Assembly (NCBI GenBank): GCA_001643675.2
Contig: LSRY02000024.1
Coordinates: 186,001-250,000, forward strand
Reading direction: 5' to 3'
Source of the DNA: Monocercomonoides exilis PA203
Taxonomy: Eukaryota; Protista; Preaxostyla
DNA: 64,000 bases
Of this stretch, positions 1-12,699 are shown piece after piece (positions within the stretch are counted from its first letter, which is position 1; each line of letters begins with the position of its first letter). The position numbers and the translations under genes are program-made. The notes beneath the pieces were generated by a model that saw nothing but the letters and a program-made list of their open reading frames with translations, searched no databases and was not told the DNA's origin.

Positions 1-899
1 TTCTTTCATCTTTTAAAAGTCATTAAAATAAAAAATTCTTTTTCTTTTGATTCATCAATTGTTTTTTTTTTTTTTTTTTTCTTAGTTATTATCTGACAAA
101 CGAAGAGTGATGAATATTCTTCAATCAAATATTTCTCCTCTTCGTTTTGTTAGAAGAACTGCGGTCTGATTTATAATTTCCTCTTTCTTTTGTGTCTCAT
201 CCTTTTCTATTTCCATTTCTCTTCCTTTGCAACTCATCATTCTAACTGTTCATGTTCCATCATCTTGATTGCAACAATAAAGAAAAATGGAAATTCATTC
301 CTTCCACAAAAAATGAAAATCGTTTGTCATTATCGATCTGAAAACTAACTGGATTTTGTCTTATTTTGTTGAATGAGTCATTTGTTTATTATTGTTGTTC
401 CTCTCTTATTTTCATTTTTGAATTGAAAATTCCAATCTTTCTTAATTTTGTCCATTGTTCAATAATTGTTTGGAAGAACATTTTGATTCAAAAATATGTG
501 TTTCAGAAATAAATGTGTCTCTTTCTGATATTATTTGCAATAATTTTTTTTTTATTTCTATCATTTTCCTTTTATGATTCAAAAAATTTCGTTCTCAAAA
601 GTCAATAGAAAAGCACTTGTATTATTTTCCTTTCGGTGTTGATATTCTTGTTTTCACAGAATGATCAAGACGGAAACAATCCAGATCAAGTATTTCATAA
701 TCGCTTTTATTGACTGATCAATAGATTTTGTTCCTGCAAACTGAAAGCTCAAATGAATCAATTGAATCATGAAACTGAGGCTTGTCAAAGCGATTTTCTT
801 TTGTATGTTGCATTATGTTTTTCTTTGCAAATTTTTTTAGTATTTGTCATTAATCATCCCCGATGATTCCACAAAACAAAAAGCAGGATCTGTCGATGT

Positions 900-2390
900 T
901 CAAAACACCATATCAATGATTCAGAAGAATCCTCTTGTGAAAATAGATTTTGGTTTGTTCATATCGTTTTGACTTCGTGGAAATTCTCTGTGCTTTATTA
1001 TTTTATTGAATTTGATTCAAAGAGATATTTTCGGAGTTGGAACAGTGCAATGGAGATGAACAGAAACTGAAAATACTCAAAATGAAAGGAATAATGGAGA
1101 AAATGAACAAAGAAGAACTGAAATCCATTATGACAACAGAACTGTTCGACAGATTGGACAAACTGATTGAAGAAAAGAAAATGACGCTGGCAAATACAAT
1201 TTTTTTGTTGAAGTGCATGGGATATTGTAATGCATTGAAGTGTTCATTCAACTTGTGTTATGAAAGGTCTTTGTTGCACAAAAGATTTGAAAAGATGATT
1301 ATTGATGAAGCTAAAAAGAAAAAAGGAAAGAAAGAAAAACTCTTAATTGACCTTGATGAATGCTATTCAACGCTTTGCAATGGCTTTTCTTTTGAATTCC
1401 TTTCAATATGTGTTCCTTGTATTCTGAAAGTTGTACTGAATAAAGTTGAAAGAAAAGAGTCTCGGGATGAAGTTGAAATGGCTTTTCTTTCATTGAGCAA
1501 CATTGAATATGAAGTGTGGGCTCTTCTATTTCTTTTTTGATATTATCTCTTTTTTTTTCTTTTCTTTTAGATTAAGAAAATTGGAAAAAATCAGTATTTG
1601 AAGGAGATGATAGAAATCATCAATTGTTATCAACAGAATCACAATTTGACACGACTTGCATATCAATCTGCTTGGAAGTTTTTGATTTTCCGACTTTGGA
1701 GTGAAAGAAGCTTGGAAGATGTTATTGCGGATGATCTGCATTTTGCAAGAGAAGCAACAAGAGAGTTGGAGGAGCTGGCTGAAAGAGTTGATTGGAGCAA
1801 AAGGGAAGAGAGAGAAAGAGAATGGAAAAACATTTTGTGTATCAATAGGTAGCTAATAACTATGCAAATATTCTGTACGGATAGCGATTATTCAGGAACA
1901 GATATTGAAAGAATTGTCGCTGGTATTATTAATTTATGCAGAGTTACGAAGAATGCCGAGAAAGAAATTGCAAGAAAATGCATAAAGTTTATTGAAAGCA
2001 TGATATGTGACAATAAAATTGGAGTAACATATAATATTTTCGATTTTGGTGAGATAGTTTTGGAGGAATTGAGTCAACCAACATTGTATTATTCAACAAC
2101 ATACAGTTGCAAATATTATTTCATATCTCTTTTTGAAATGCTGAACAGGAAAAAGGAGTCAAAAAAATGTTGTTTTGAAATTGTTATCTTCAGCACTGAG
2201 TTGGCTGAAAGGAGGGTCAAAAACGGAAAATGAAGAAGAGGAAGAGGAAAAGAAAAAGATGGTGCTGAAGAAGAAAATGGCGGAAAAGATTGAAGAGGAA
2301 GGCATCGAAGATATTTGTTTCAGCTTTTATGGAATGTTACTCCGAGTGGAAGATTGGATGATTGCAACAAATTGGAACGGTTCGAAGTGA
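900..2390 (+). pseudogene. Expanded helical-protein family, copy 1 (disrupted)
   Basis: ORFs 1037-1540, 1598-1852, 1862-2233 and 2175-2390 carry the family motifs (ELEQCNGDEQKLKI, CVPCILKV, HNLTRLAYQSAW, LHFAREA, EKIEEEGIEDI). Intron 1514-1570. In-frame TAG at 1850-1852 where paralogs have Trp, a frameshift near 2180-2230, and no in-frame ATG found for exon 1 (start approximate). Confidence 0.8.
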
Positions 2391-3498
2391 ATTATGTGTG
2401 ATTTGAAATGATACGGATATCCACTTTTGTTCAATTCATTTTATTTCCCCAAAAATATCACTTCCTTTTTTTTAATTCAAAAAAGAGTTTTTCGTTCATT
2501 TTCTCCTCGTATTGAAGGGATCATATCATTCAAAAGCAAACTTATTTCAATACGATCTTTTTTGTGTCTTTTAACACCCTCTTGGGAAGTGTTCTTTTTA
2601 AATAATGTTCCAGATATAACAATTTGAGAATTATTCTGAAGAAGTTTTATTTCCTTTTTGTTGTTTTGAAAAAATGAAAGGATTGGATGCTCGAATTCAG
2701 TGCCATTTGTATCACATTTCACAGTTAAATAAAAAAATGATTTCATAAACGGAAGCAAGAAGAACTTTGTGATTGTGAACATAGAACCATTATCGAAAAG
2801 ACTAATGAAGGGAGAATGGAAGAACAAATAAAGATGCTGTTTTTTTATTGAATAATCGGAAAAATAGATATACAAAAATTCCTTGGATAAGCACAACCTC
2901 TTGAATTAAGAGATAATTATTTCTTTGACAAATAAACATCAAAGAAGTTTTCAGAAAATATTCAGACTTTTTCAATTTTCTTTGAAATTTTGCGTTCAGT
3001 TTTCATTCTTCAATGCATGATGGAGTTTCCTTGAAATAAAATAGCTCTTAAATGATATATAATAAGAATCACGAAGATTTTAACAAAAATTTTTATTTTT
3101 AGTTGATTTTGAAATTCTTTTTTGAAATGTTTTAGATTTATGATTTTTTGATTTTGAATGAGAGTTTTACAGCTATGATTAATTCTTCGTCTATAGAAAC
3201 CAAATAGATAAGCAAAACAAATATTTCTCTAATATTTCAATCTCACAATTGAACAAATTGAAAATAATAATAATTATTTTCCAATGTGCCTTTGAAAAGG
3301 AAGTTTTTATACGAATGAATTCAAACACATCACTATGGAATAAAGAAATAAATTTCTATATCAATTTGGAAACAAAAATTCAAATACAAATTCATAATTT
3401 TCAATAATATAAAATTGACTTCTTTCAAAATTGTTGATCAACTGGTATTAGAAGAATATTTGTTGTTCAGTATTATTCTTTGGCATCCAAAAGCATAT

Positions 3499-3765
3499 GG
3501 GGGAAAATACTGGCTTTTAAGCTTTTTCTGGACAAATCACGAAAGCTTTGCTTCACTCATTTCTTTATAAATCTTTCTCAGATTTCAAAATCAATTGGAT
3601 TATCATATCTGTCAACAGGAGTAAATAATATCATTTCATGATATTCTGCAACATGATATGGATCACAATAAATGAACCCGGATAAATCATATTAAAAATA
3701 ATAAAAAGTTCAAACGCTGTGCAAAAAATTCAATTGAAAAAGCTTGAAGTCACATATTTTCCCCC
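3499..3765. mobile_element. MITE family 1, copy a (267 bp)
   Basis: TIRs GGGGGAAAATA / TATTTTCCCCC, with ATAT on both sides; related copies at 33053 and 44375. Confidence 0.8.
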
Positions 3766-5872
3766 ATATCATCACAAGAAATTCATCTGTCTCCACTTTA
3801 GTTATATTTTTAATATCCATTCTAAATTATAGTGATATTTTTCAATGAACAAACATTTTTCAAACCTTTTCACTTTTTTTTTGAAGAATAAATTCACTGT
3901 GTTAAATGCATTTGAACATGTTTTTGAAAATTGCATACACAAACTTCAAAAATTGTTTTTTTATTTGCGCCTTGATCAATATCATCTGGTTTTCGATTAT
4001 CTAGAAATGCTTTGAAAATGTCACATTAAAAAATGAAAAATATTTCTTCCTAACAAAATGAGTTTTATCAAAAGAATTATCAAAAATGGAAAAAATAAAG
4101 GCCAAGAACCAGTTATTGCGAAATTAATTTAAATTTGAAATTGTATAAAGTGACCGTGAAAAATTACAAATTTTTTGTTATCACAAAAAGTTGCGTAATA
4201 TATGATGTGATAATTGTTTGTTCGAACCTCAACATGTATTTAAAATTTGTTCGCAAATATCAGTCAGTTGATATTGATGAAACGATTCTCACATAAAAAT
4301 TAGTTCATTTAGGAAACGAAATATAACAATTATTAATCTTTCTTACAAATGAAACGTGAAAAGAAGTCAAGAAAAAAATTTGATGTTCACATTATTGTTT
4401 TAATCATGTTGATAAAAACATTTATCTCATTTATTTGCATGGTTAAAATGAATAATTAATTTATCGATTCTATTTAATACATGAGCATTCATTCCTGGGG
4501 AATATGGATTATTAAAGTCAGAATGTTTTTCACATGTGATTTAACAAAAACAAACATTTTGTTAACATGAGAAAAGCAAATCTTTTGAACTTAAAACTTT
4601 TCATAAACAGTTGTCCAATAATTGACGAAACATAATGCTTCAATAATTGATTCTTATCATATTTCATTTCCTCCAAAAATATATACGAAATGTTAATTCG
4701 AATGAATTCACACACCATATATATCCACGGAAGCTTTGTATTGCAATTTCTTCAATTGAATCATCAAGCGCAAAAATTTCATTATTAGGAAAAAAAGGGA
4801 TGACGAAAAAAGTTGTTCTGAAACACAATGAAGAAGAAAGTTCACATTTTGCTTTTATCAAAAGCACAAAGATAATATTTTTTGGCCTAACTTCCAACCA
4901 TGGCATCTGATTCATCATTCCCTATATTAATTTTTAAAATTACAAAATTTTTGATTTTTTGTGCAAATAATGAAATAAGAATGTTAGATTGAATGAAATT
5001 AAATTGCATGAATTACTGGATATAAAATATCTCAGTGTCTGAAGCACATCCACAATCTTCATAAATATAATTTAAGACTTGTAAATTTAACTTTTGTCCA
5101 ATTTAAAATATGAAAATAAAAATGACATTTCAAAACTTTATTGAAAACACAATGATAGTTGTTCCTCGCGCTTTAATAAAGGCATAAATTTGTGTCTTTA
5201 ATGTAAATTTTCATTGATGAGTTTTAGAAACAATGATGTTTTCTTATTACCTTTGTTAGCTGCATTCTCCACGATTATAAATTTTCATAAGAACATGTGA
5301 TGAATTTGTTCCTTCTTAATCTATTACAGTTTCAACAGAAACAAAGAGATATAAGAAAAATAAAAACTCAAATTGGATTATTTAACAATAAATTCTGGGG
5401 TTGATCAGAAAGATGCCATGATCGAAGGTCATGCCTATATTTTTTAATTTCAAACAAAATTTGAAAGTGACACATAATCAATAAAGTGTTTTTATTAAGA
5501 TAAAGATAATCACATTTGTCAACACTATTGAAAAATGTTAAGAAAAGTCAAAAACATAAATAAAAAACCATTTTCACTTTTTCGACATAAAAATAAAGCC
5601 CATTGTTCGTAAAATATTATAAAATGCGTCTTTTAATTTCATTCTATTTTGTTTCTTTTTTTTTATAATTGCAGAAATATTATGAAGATAGTTTTTTTTT
5701 TAGAAAAGGACCAGATTTGTCACTTTTGATATCATATTTATAATCGAAAAGAACACAATGAAAACAAAATAATGCTTTTTATAATTGATTTTTAAAAACA
5801 ACATGTTTTATTTATTGAAGATAAAAATTTTGTAATAAAACCTTAATGTATAATTCTCAAACATTCAAAAAT

Positions 5873-5873
<1 letters not shown>

Positions 5874-5957
<84 letters not shown>
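5874..5957 (+). repeat. Poly-T tract
   Basis: About 80 T residues with one AC interruption, just upstream of the ATG at 5999. Confidence 0.95.
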
Positions 5958-5998
5958 GTTTGTTTGTTTGTTTGTTTTGTTTTGTTTTGAGATTCTTT

Positions 5999-7912
5999 AT
6001 GTTCACCAGATGTTTATTACTAATTTTTATACGATATTTCCTGTTGTTGTGGACAACTGCTATACTTTGTTGTACCGATTTTAAGACTGAATCGAGCCAT
6101 TTGAATAAAGATACAATTTTACGTGTTGAAGTTGTAAAACAGGACTTTCCGTCATATTTTGCAAGAACAAGAAAATATATATTGCATGTTCCACAGCAAA
6201 TGAGAAGCGTTGCAAACACATGCAGGAGACTTTTCAGAGTTACCGAAAGACAAGTTTTGAACGAAATGAGCTGTTTTCTTTCGAAAATGAGAAATTTAAA
6301 CTCGACAATATTTATTGAAAGGGAATGTGTATTATCCAGCTGCGATGATACAACGGTTTTACAAGATGGCTTTTCGAATGTTTCTATTGTTAGTTGCATT
6401 ATTTTTTCGAGAAAACATCGGTTTGGCAGTCCATTTGCTAAAACAGGAAGCCCTTTACAGCTCAAAAACATCTCACTTTTATCACAGATAGATTCTATGG
6501 AAATGAATTCGTTTGTGTCTCTTGAAAGCTATTTTGCTTCAACAAGTCAACAATTTCCTTTGATTGTTTCATCTTCATCATTTTCGTCTGTTTTAATATT
6601 ATCAACGTTTTTTTGCCTCATCTGTGATTGGATCAACATTGGAGATTCATGATTCTTCTTTTTTCAATATCAGTGCAAAGCCAAATGCGATCATTCAAGT
6701 ACAAGGATCTAACTCTTTCACTTCAACAATTTCAAATTGTGCTTTCAATCATGTGTGCGGTGTATATGATGGAGCGCTAATTCCTTCGATCTCTTTTGGC
6801 GTTCGCTCACTTGCTAATTTTAACTCAACACACGTCTCATGCACGGGGTGGGCAAACAAGCGTTATTCAAATGAAACACTCGAAAGAGTTGTCCTGGTTC
6901 CTTTTGTTGATAAGGAATTTGCGTTTGACTCATGCACTTGGAATGGAATTAAAGGCGATGAATTTGGCCAATGCATCTTTGCAAGAACACAAGATCAGAC
7001 TGTTTTAACTGTTGATGTTATTAATTGTAAATTTCAAAACTGCACAAGCTATGTTGGATCGGGATAATCTATCTTTGTGACCGGAAATGCGGCCGTAACC
7101 ATAGAAAACTCTTCTTTCCAAGATATAAACTGTGAAAATGAAAATAAAAATGCTGAGACAACTGCTGGAGCTATTCATGCGGTCAGCATTCGTTCCCCAG
7201 CGATCAGGCAGAGCTTGTTTTCAGGTTGCAGTTCGAATGCTGATGCATGTATCGTATTCGAGCGCAAATTATCACAGATGCCTGAAAGAAAAGCTGTCTT
7301 AAATGGAAATAGCACAATTCTGCAACAAAGTTATCACTCACAAATTCGTGAAAGAAACAATTTTCCATTTGAAGGCAACTGCTTAAAAATGCGAACAAAG
7401 TTGTATTCCCATCCAGACGAATTCTTGGAAGAAGTCGAGCCAGTGTGTTTGCAATGTACCTTTTTGAGATGCGATTCGCAAAGAAGAGGAGGTGGATTTT
7501 ATCTGAAAGATGTTGAAGATCAGGCTCTTGTTTCTGAGTGTGATTTTTCCGGCTGCAAGGCTGATTATGGATGAGCGATTTACGTTGCTGTTGCAGATTC
7601 GGTATTATTGAAAACAGACGAACGATCAATTTGAAACATTGTCTTGCTTGCGAGTGCTTTGATAGACATCAACCTGCAGACGATATTCTGCCTTATCAAC
7701 GAATCAGTCGATGGAACTAAAATTGGGTGTTTCGACAATGCTAATTATAGAGAAGGCATCAGCATTAAGGAATTCCTTTCTGTTTATATCAGCCCAACAA
7801 TATTTATTTCTTCAACATTTGGCACAGATTTCTCGCGCTGTGTGGCAAAGGAGTTGCCTTGCCGTTCTTTGACCTACGGATGGAGTCATCTTGAGGAGCA
7901 AATATTTATTTA
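5999..7912 (+). pseudogene. Secreted/surface Cys-rich beta-helix-like protein pseudogene
   Basis: Hydrophobic N-terminus MFTRCLLLIFIRYFLLLWTTAILCC; repeated FxNC/FxGC...GGGFY motifs and CVAKELPCRSLTYG. Broken by a frameshift near 6630, TAA at 7065-7067, TGA in DYG*AIY at 7572-7574 and a further frameshift; GTATGT donor at 7913. Confidence 0.65.
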
Positions 7913-9198
7913 TGTATGTATTTGTGTTGTTTTTCGTTTATTTTTTTTTAATATAAATCTAATTTTATTTTTCCATTATCTATCTATTTATAAGTCAAAA
8001 ATTAAGAGTTGTTTTTGATTTCGTGCAATGTTATAAAAAACTAATTAATTATTTTTCATGATTTTTTGACTCGTTTTGAAATTATTTTGATTTGGAATGT
8101 TTCGTTCCATGTAATTGTTCAAGAGATATCATCAAGAATTTTGAATCTGTAATTTGAGAATATTTTGAGAATGTCAAGTTAATTTTGAAATGTTAAAAAA
8201 CGATTATGACTATTTTATTTAGGTTCATGCAAATTTTGTTTTCAATCCCAATGTTTGAGTTCTTTTTTTTTAATTTCAAAGAAGTTTATATTAAACTTTT
8301 AGAGAATCATAATAATTTTGTTCAAAAAAAACAAATTTTTTAACGTTATAAAAGAATAACTCCCACAAACCTTTGACCTTTTTTTCATTCTTGCAAAAAT
8401 AAAAAATGAACTGATTGCTTTTTAAAGACAAGCCAATCCGTTGAATGAAACTTTTTCTCTGATTTTTTTTCTCCAATCATTTTTTTTTTGCTAATTTTTT
8501 CATGAGAATGTTTCACTTATAATGATATAAAAGCGTAACAAGAATTGAATAAACGTGATTTTTCTTTAAATGGCACATATTTTACCACATATTTCCATTT
8601 GTCGAAATTCAAATAAAGGAAAACTCTTTTAATGTGTTTCATAATCCAACGAAAAGAATCATTCCATAAATGACATCAAAGTTTATAACAACAAAATACT
8701 TTCAACAAGTTCATTGATGTGTAATTCAACCAACAAACACTCGCCATCTGATCTCCACAAAAACTTCGATTGGAAAATAAATCCAATCTTCAGAAAAAAC
8801 ATGCAATATGAATATTATCACAAATTACGCGTTTAACTTTTTCAGAATAAAAGTTAATTGAAAATTTATGTGTTGATCAACGAAATAGAAATAAATAAAG
8901 AAAATGATTCAAAAACATTTCAAAAAAAATTAAGAACTCTTTCGTTTGACTGAATTGTTTGCGGAACCTCAAAACAAATCCAGAAACATTATGCAGAAAA
9001 TTAAATAAAACAAACAAACAACAACAACAACAACAACAACATTAATAACAATAATACAAAAAAATAATGCTGATGAATTGTGGAATGATGCAATGAATGA
9101 AAATACACACATTTTGAGTTACAAGAATAAAATAAATAATAACATTAACAATAATAATAAATAAATATAGAAAAAGAAAAAAAATTAAATTCATTTGA

Positions 9199-10628
9199 TT
9201 AAATATATACCAAATAATCAACAACATTTACAGATATTTTTGGACAATAAACCTTGCTAATTTGTCCATTCACTTCATAATTTCCAATAATGATGTCTTC
9301 GAATCCTTCTTCCTCAAGCTTTTCATGCAATTTCATTTTGATTTCTTTCTTTTGTGCCTCGTTTGCGGTTGGTTCTGCTCTCATTTTCAGTTCCTGAATT
9401 GCCAAAAAGAACTTATAACAATCATGCATCTTATGATTTTCAATAAAATCCCTCTGCATTTCCTCCAAAACAGCTTCAAAAACCCCGCCTTTCAGCAAGT
9501 CCTCCACACTTCCTGCAATATACAGCGCCATTAATTCATACGTTTGAGAATTAATTCCAAACATTTCATTTTCTATTCCTCTGGCTGCTTTCCTTAAACA
9601 AACCATGCTTTGCACCAAAGGAACATAATCTTCCTTTGCCCTTGGTCCGCTCTGCCGATAATACAGTACAGTTTCCAGCCATCCATTGACTGTGTATTTA
9701 AACTCTGGGCTGATCACTTTCCCTTCTTTCTGTTTCATTCTCACACTTCTTGAAAGCTCTTCCAGTTCTCTCGCTGCTTCTCTCACAAAATGCAGTTCAT
9801 TCACAATTGCATCTCCCAAAAAGCTATAGTCAAGCAACCGGTTGAGATAAAAATGCCAAGCTGATCGATATCCCATGTGTGAAAGATTGCGATGCTCCTG
9901 ATGATACATTATTATCTCTTTGATTTTGCTCTGAAATAGTTCAATACGCACAAACTGATTAAATAAAATAAAATAAAATAAAATAAAATAAAATAAATAA
10001 GCAAATTGATAAAAAACATTTGCACAAACATGTGCTTCTTCAATGTAATTCAAAGCTAACAATGCATCCTCCACTTCTTTTCTCGTTTCTTCGCTTTCCT
10101 CTTTCTTCAAGGCTGCATTCAGCATGCAAGGCACATAAACGGGAATAATTTCCGGCGAAATGTTCCTGTAAATAAATCCACAACACTCACACATTTCAAT
10201 CAAAAGCTTTTCATTCTTTTCATCATTTTTCTTTCCTTCTTCAAAAATCAAGCTCTCAATTTTTTTCTTCAACGAAAAATCACACAAATATATGGCATAT
10301 ATGCTTTTCATTATGTTGGCATATCCAACACGCTTCATAAGGCTAATTGTATTTTCTAATGAAACTTTCTTTTCTTCAATCATTCTGCAAAATTCTTCAA
10401 AAACTTTCGACGCATGGTTGTCCATTTCATCTTCGCCCATTTGATCCATTAATGAATTCATTTCCCCAACTCTCTGGGTTTGCTCCTCAGCCGAGTAATT
10501 CCTCAATTGAAAAAGCATTTCTTAAAACAAGAAAATCATAACAAATTTCCAAAAAAGAAAAGCAAAAAAATTAATAAATCATGAAGCTAGTGAAAAAGCA
10601 AACCTGTATACTTTTCTGCACGATTCAT
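9199..10628 (-). CDS. Expanded helical-protein family, copy 2 (intact, divergent)
   Basis: Exons 10628-10604, 10520-10030 and 9954-9199 splice in frame at GT-AG introns (83 and 75 nt). Motifs YHQEHRNLSHMGYRSAW, VNELHFVREAARELEEL, EKLEEEGFEDII. Confidence 0.85.
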
Positions 10629-10949
10629 TTTGCACGTTGCCTTCTTTCCGCAACAAAACATTTTTACACATAAAATTTACAATAAATTGTTGGTGTTGCA
10701 AGAAAAACAGAAGTTTGGAATGCTTTCGAATAAAAAAAATCAAAATACCTCCTGAGCTTCCATGTGCATTCGTTCTCCAAAAGCTATTCCACTCAAAAAC
10801 AAATATTTTTTTTTGAATTTTTTGATTAGAGGAAATATTTGATCAATATTATTTTCTTTGAATAATTGGGTATTTTCTTTTTCGAGTAATCGCTCATTTT
10901 TTGATTCTCTTTGCAGATTTCACAATTGAGAAAATCGTCAAAGCTTCAT

Positions 10950-12050
10950 TAAGATTTGTTTTCTTAATTGTTTTGATTGGATATTTTTGTGTTTTAAATG
11001 CTTTTAAAACCGATAGTTTTCTCCATCGAAACCAAGCCATTGAAGCAAATGAAATTATGCAAAAATATATTTTTTAGTGGAATATTGCAACTCATTTACA
11101 AAAAGTTATATCCTCGAATTCATTTGCGCCAAAGCCTTCTTTTCTCTTGCATATCGAAATTGACTGTAGATATAACATCCTTGATGATTGCAAATGAAGG
11201 AATGTTGAAAGAATCGCATTCAATTCACCAAAAGAAAGCATCTTCGTCGTGCAATTCACATTCATCTCACAAACACTCTGTCTATTCACTGGGTCTTGAT
11301 TTTTCTTCATCAGTTCTCTGAAATAACAATAACCTCAGGAAAATCCGTGGAAAAGGCTGAAACAACATAAGACTGCTTGAAGGATCAGAGGAAACACTTT
11401 TGAAATGTTGAGTCAATATATTAATGAGTCGGTTGAAAGGAAAACTTCTTGAAAGAATGAGAGAAAAGAAGCTTTATTTGCAGCAATAACAACAAAGATG
11501 CACCAATTCTAAGAACTTCAGCCTGCATTCCAAATGGCAGCTTTTTTGAGAAGTCCTTTCATTTTTTGTTTTTGAACTCTGATCAACTCGTCTGAGAAGG
11601 TAAAGGGATGATAAAAGCGAATTAAAATTGCATTTTCGGCTGAATCGATAGGAAAACGTTGTGGAAATTCATCTTTCGAAGATTTTACATGCATCAGCAT
11701 CATTCCATCTGATAGCGAGCCAGTCGCAACAGAAATGTTTCAATGGTCAATGACTGTTTCATTCAACACACAAAATGTTTTTACTGATAGCGCTGTTAAT
11801 TTTGGCGATTCTTGTTTTGCTGAATATTCTGCTGGAAATACTGCAGACTTCTTCTCATATGGCACAACTTTACCACAAGCCACTCCAACAGAGAGAGAAA
11901 AAGAGGTGTTTTATTCACAATATCTGTTCATCTTCTTCTTCATATTTTGTTGTTGATAGACATATTTGACTTTCTTCTTTTGCTTCGTCTTCGTCTTCTT
12001 CCTTCTTTGGGATGAGGAATGAGCGAAAATTGAGAGAATCTGAGCAAAAT
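10950..12050 (-). pseudogene. Possible decayed gene remnant, unidentified
   Basis: Locally higher GC and several short broken ORFs (11092-11310, 11518-11703); no recognisable domain. Confidence 0.25.
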
Positions 12051-12699
12051 CCATTCCTTTTGAGCATTGCTCGAAAAGATATTGCTTTTGGAGATTCTTT
12101 TATTGGAAAATGTTAATCACCTTTTACTCAACACAGATGAATGAAACAAAGAGAAGATGGCAAAAGATTGAAAATAGTTACGCAGAGAAGACAAGAAAGT
12201 CAGTCCAACCGAAAAGAGAGACAAGTCACTTTCACAGAAATGGATTTGGCACTTTCTTTTCATTGAGTGTTTTTTTTTGGAGAATTATTATCATGCTCTG
12301 ACAGAACAACTATTTGATTCACAGTTTTATTTGTGGATCATTTGAAGCAGAAGGCAGACATTGAATATCAGATGGCATTTGTTTCTTCATTCTCTTCATC
12401 TTCATCTTCTTCTGCAATTCAATCAACTCACTCACTCACTGATTTATTCTTCAACATTTCATCCATCTGCCAATTCTGCTGCTGATTTCTCGTTCATTGT
12501 TCATCTCTCTTGAAACTCATCTTTATCAATCAAAATCATTATTCATCTTCTTCACACAATTTTCCAAAAACACATTTTGTTTCAAATTCTTCAAGGCAAA
12601 CTGTCAACAAACATGAAACACTCCACAACTGATATTTTTTCACTCTTCTTATTCATCTATTATCATCATCATCAAAAAAAGCATGAGAATTTTAAACAG

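Noticed and set aside
5846-5998. Poly-Phe N-terminus of ORF 5846-6652
   Set aside because: Translation of a poly-T tract; the ATG at 5999 is the more plausible start.
1850-7574. In-frame stops as a sign of TAA/TAG-to-Gln reassignment, as in some oxymonads such as Streblomastix
   Set aside because: The stops are TAG, TAA and TGA, at least two at Trp or Gly positions and alongside frameshifts, and intact genes end in TAA, TAG and TGA. This indicates pseudogenes under the standard code.
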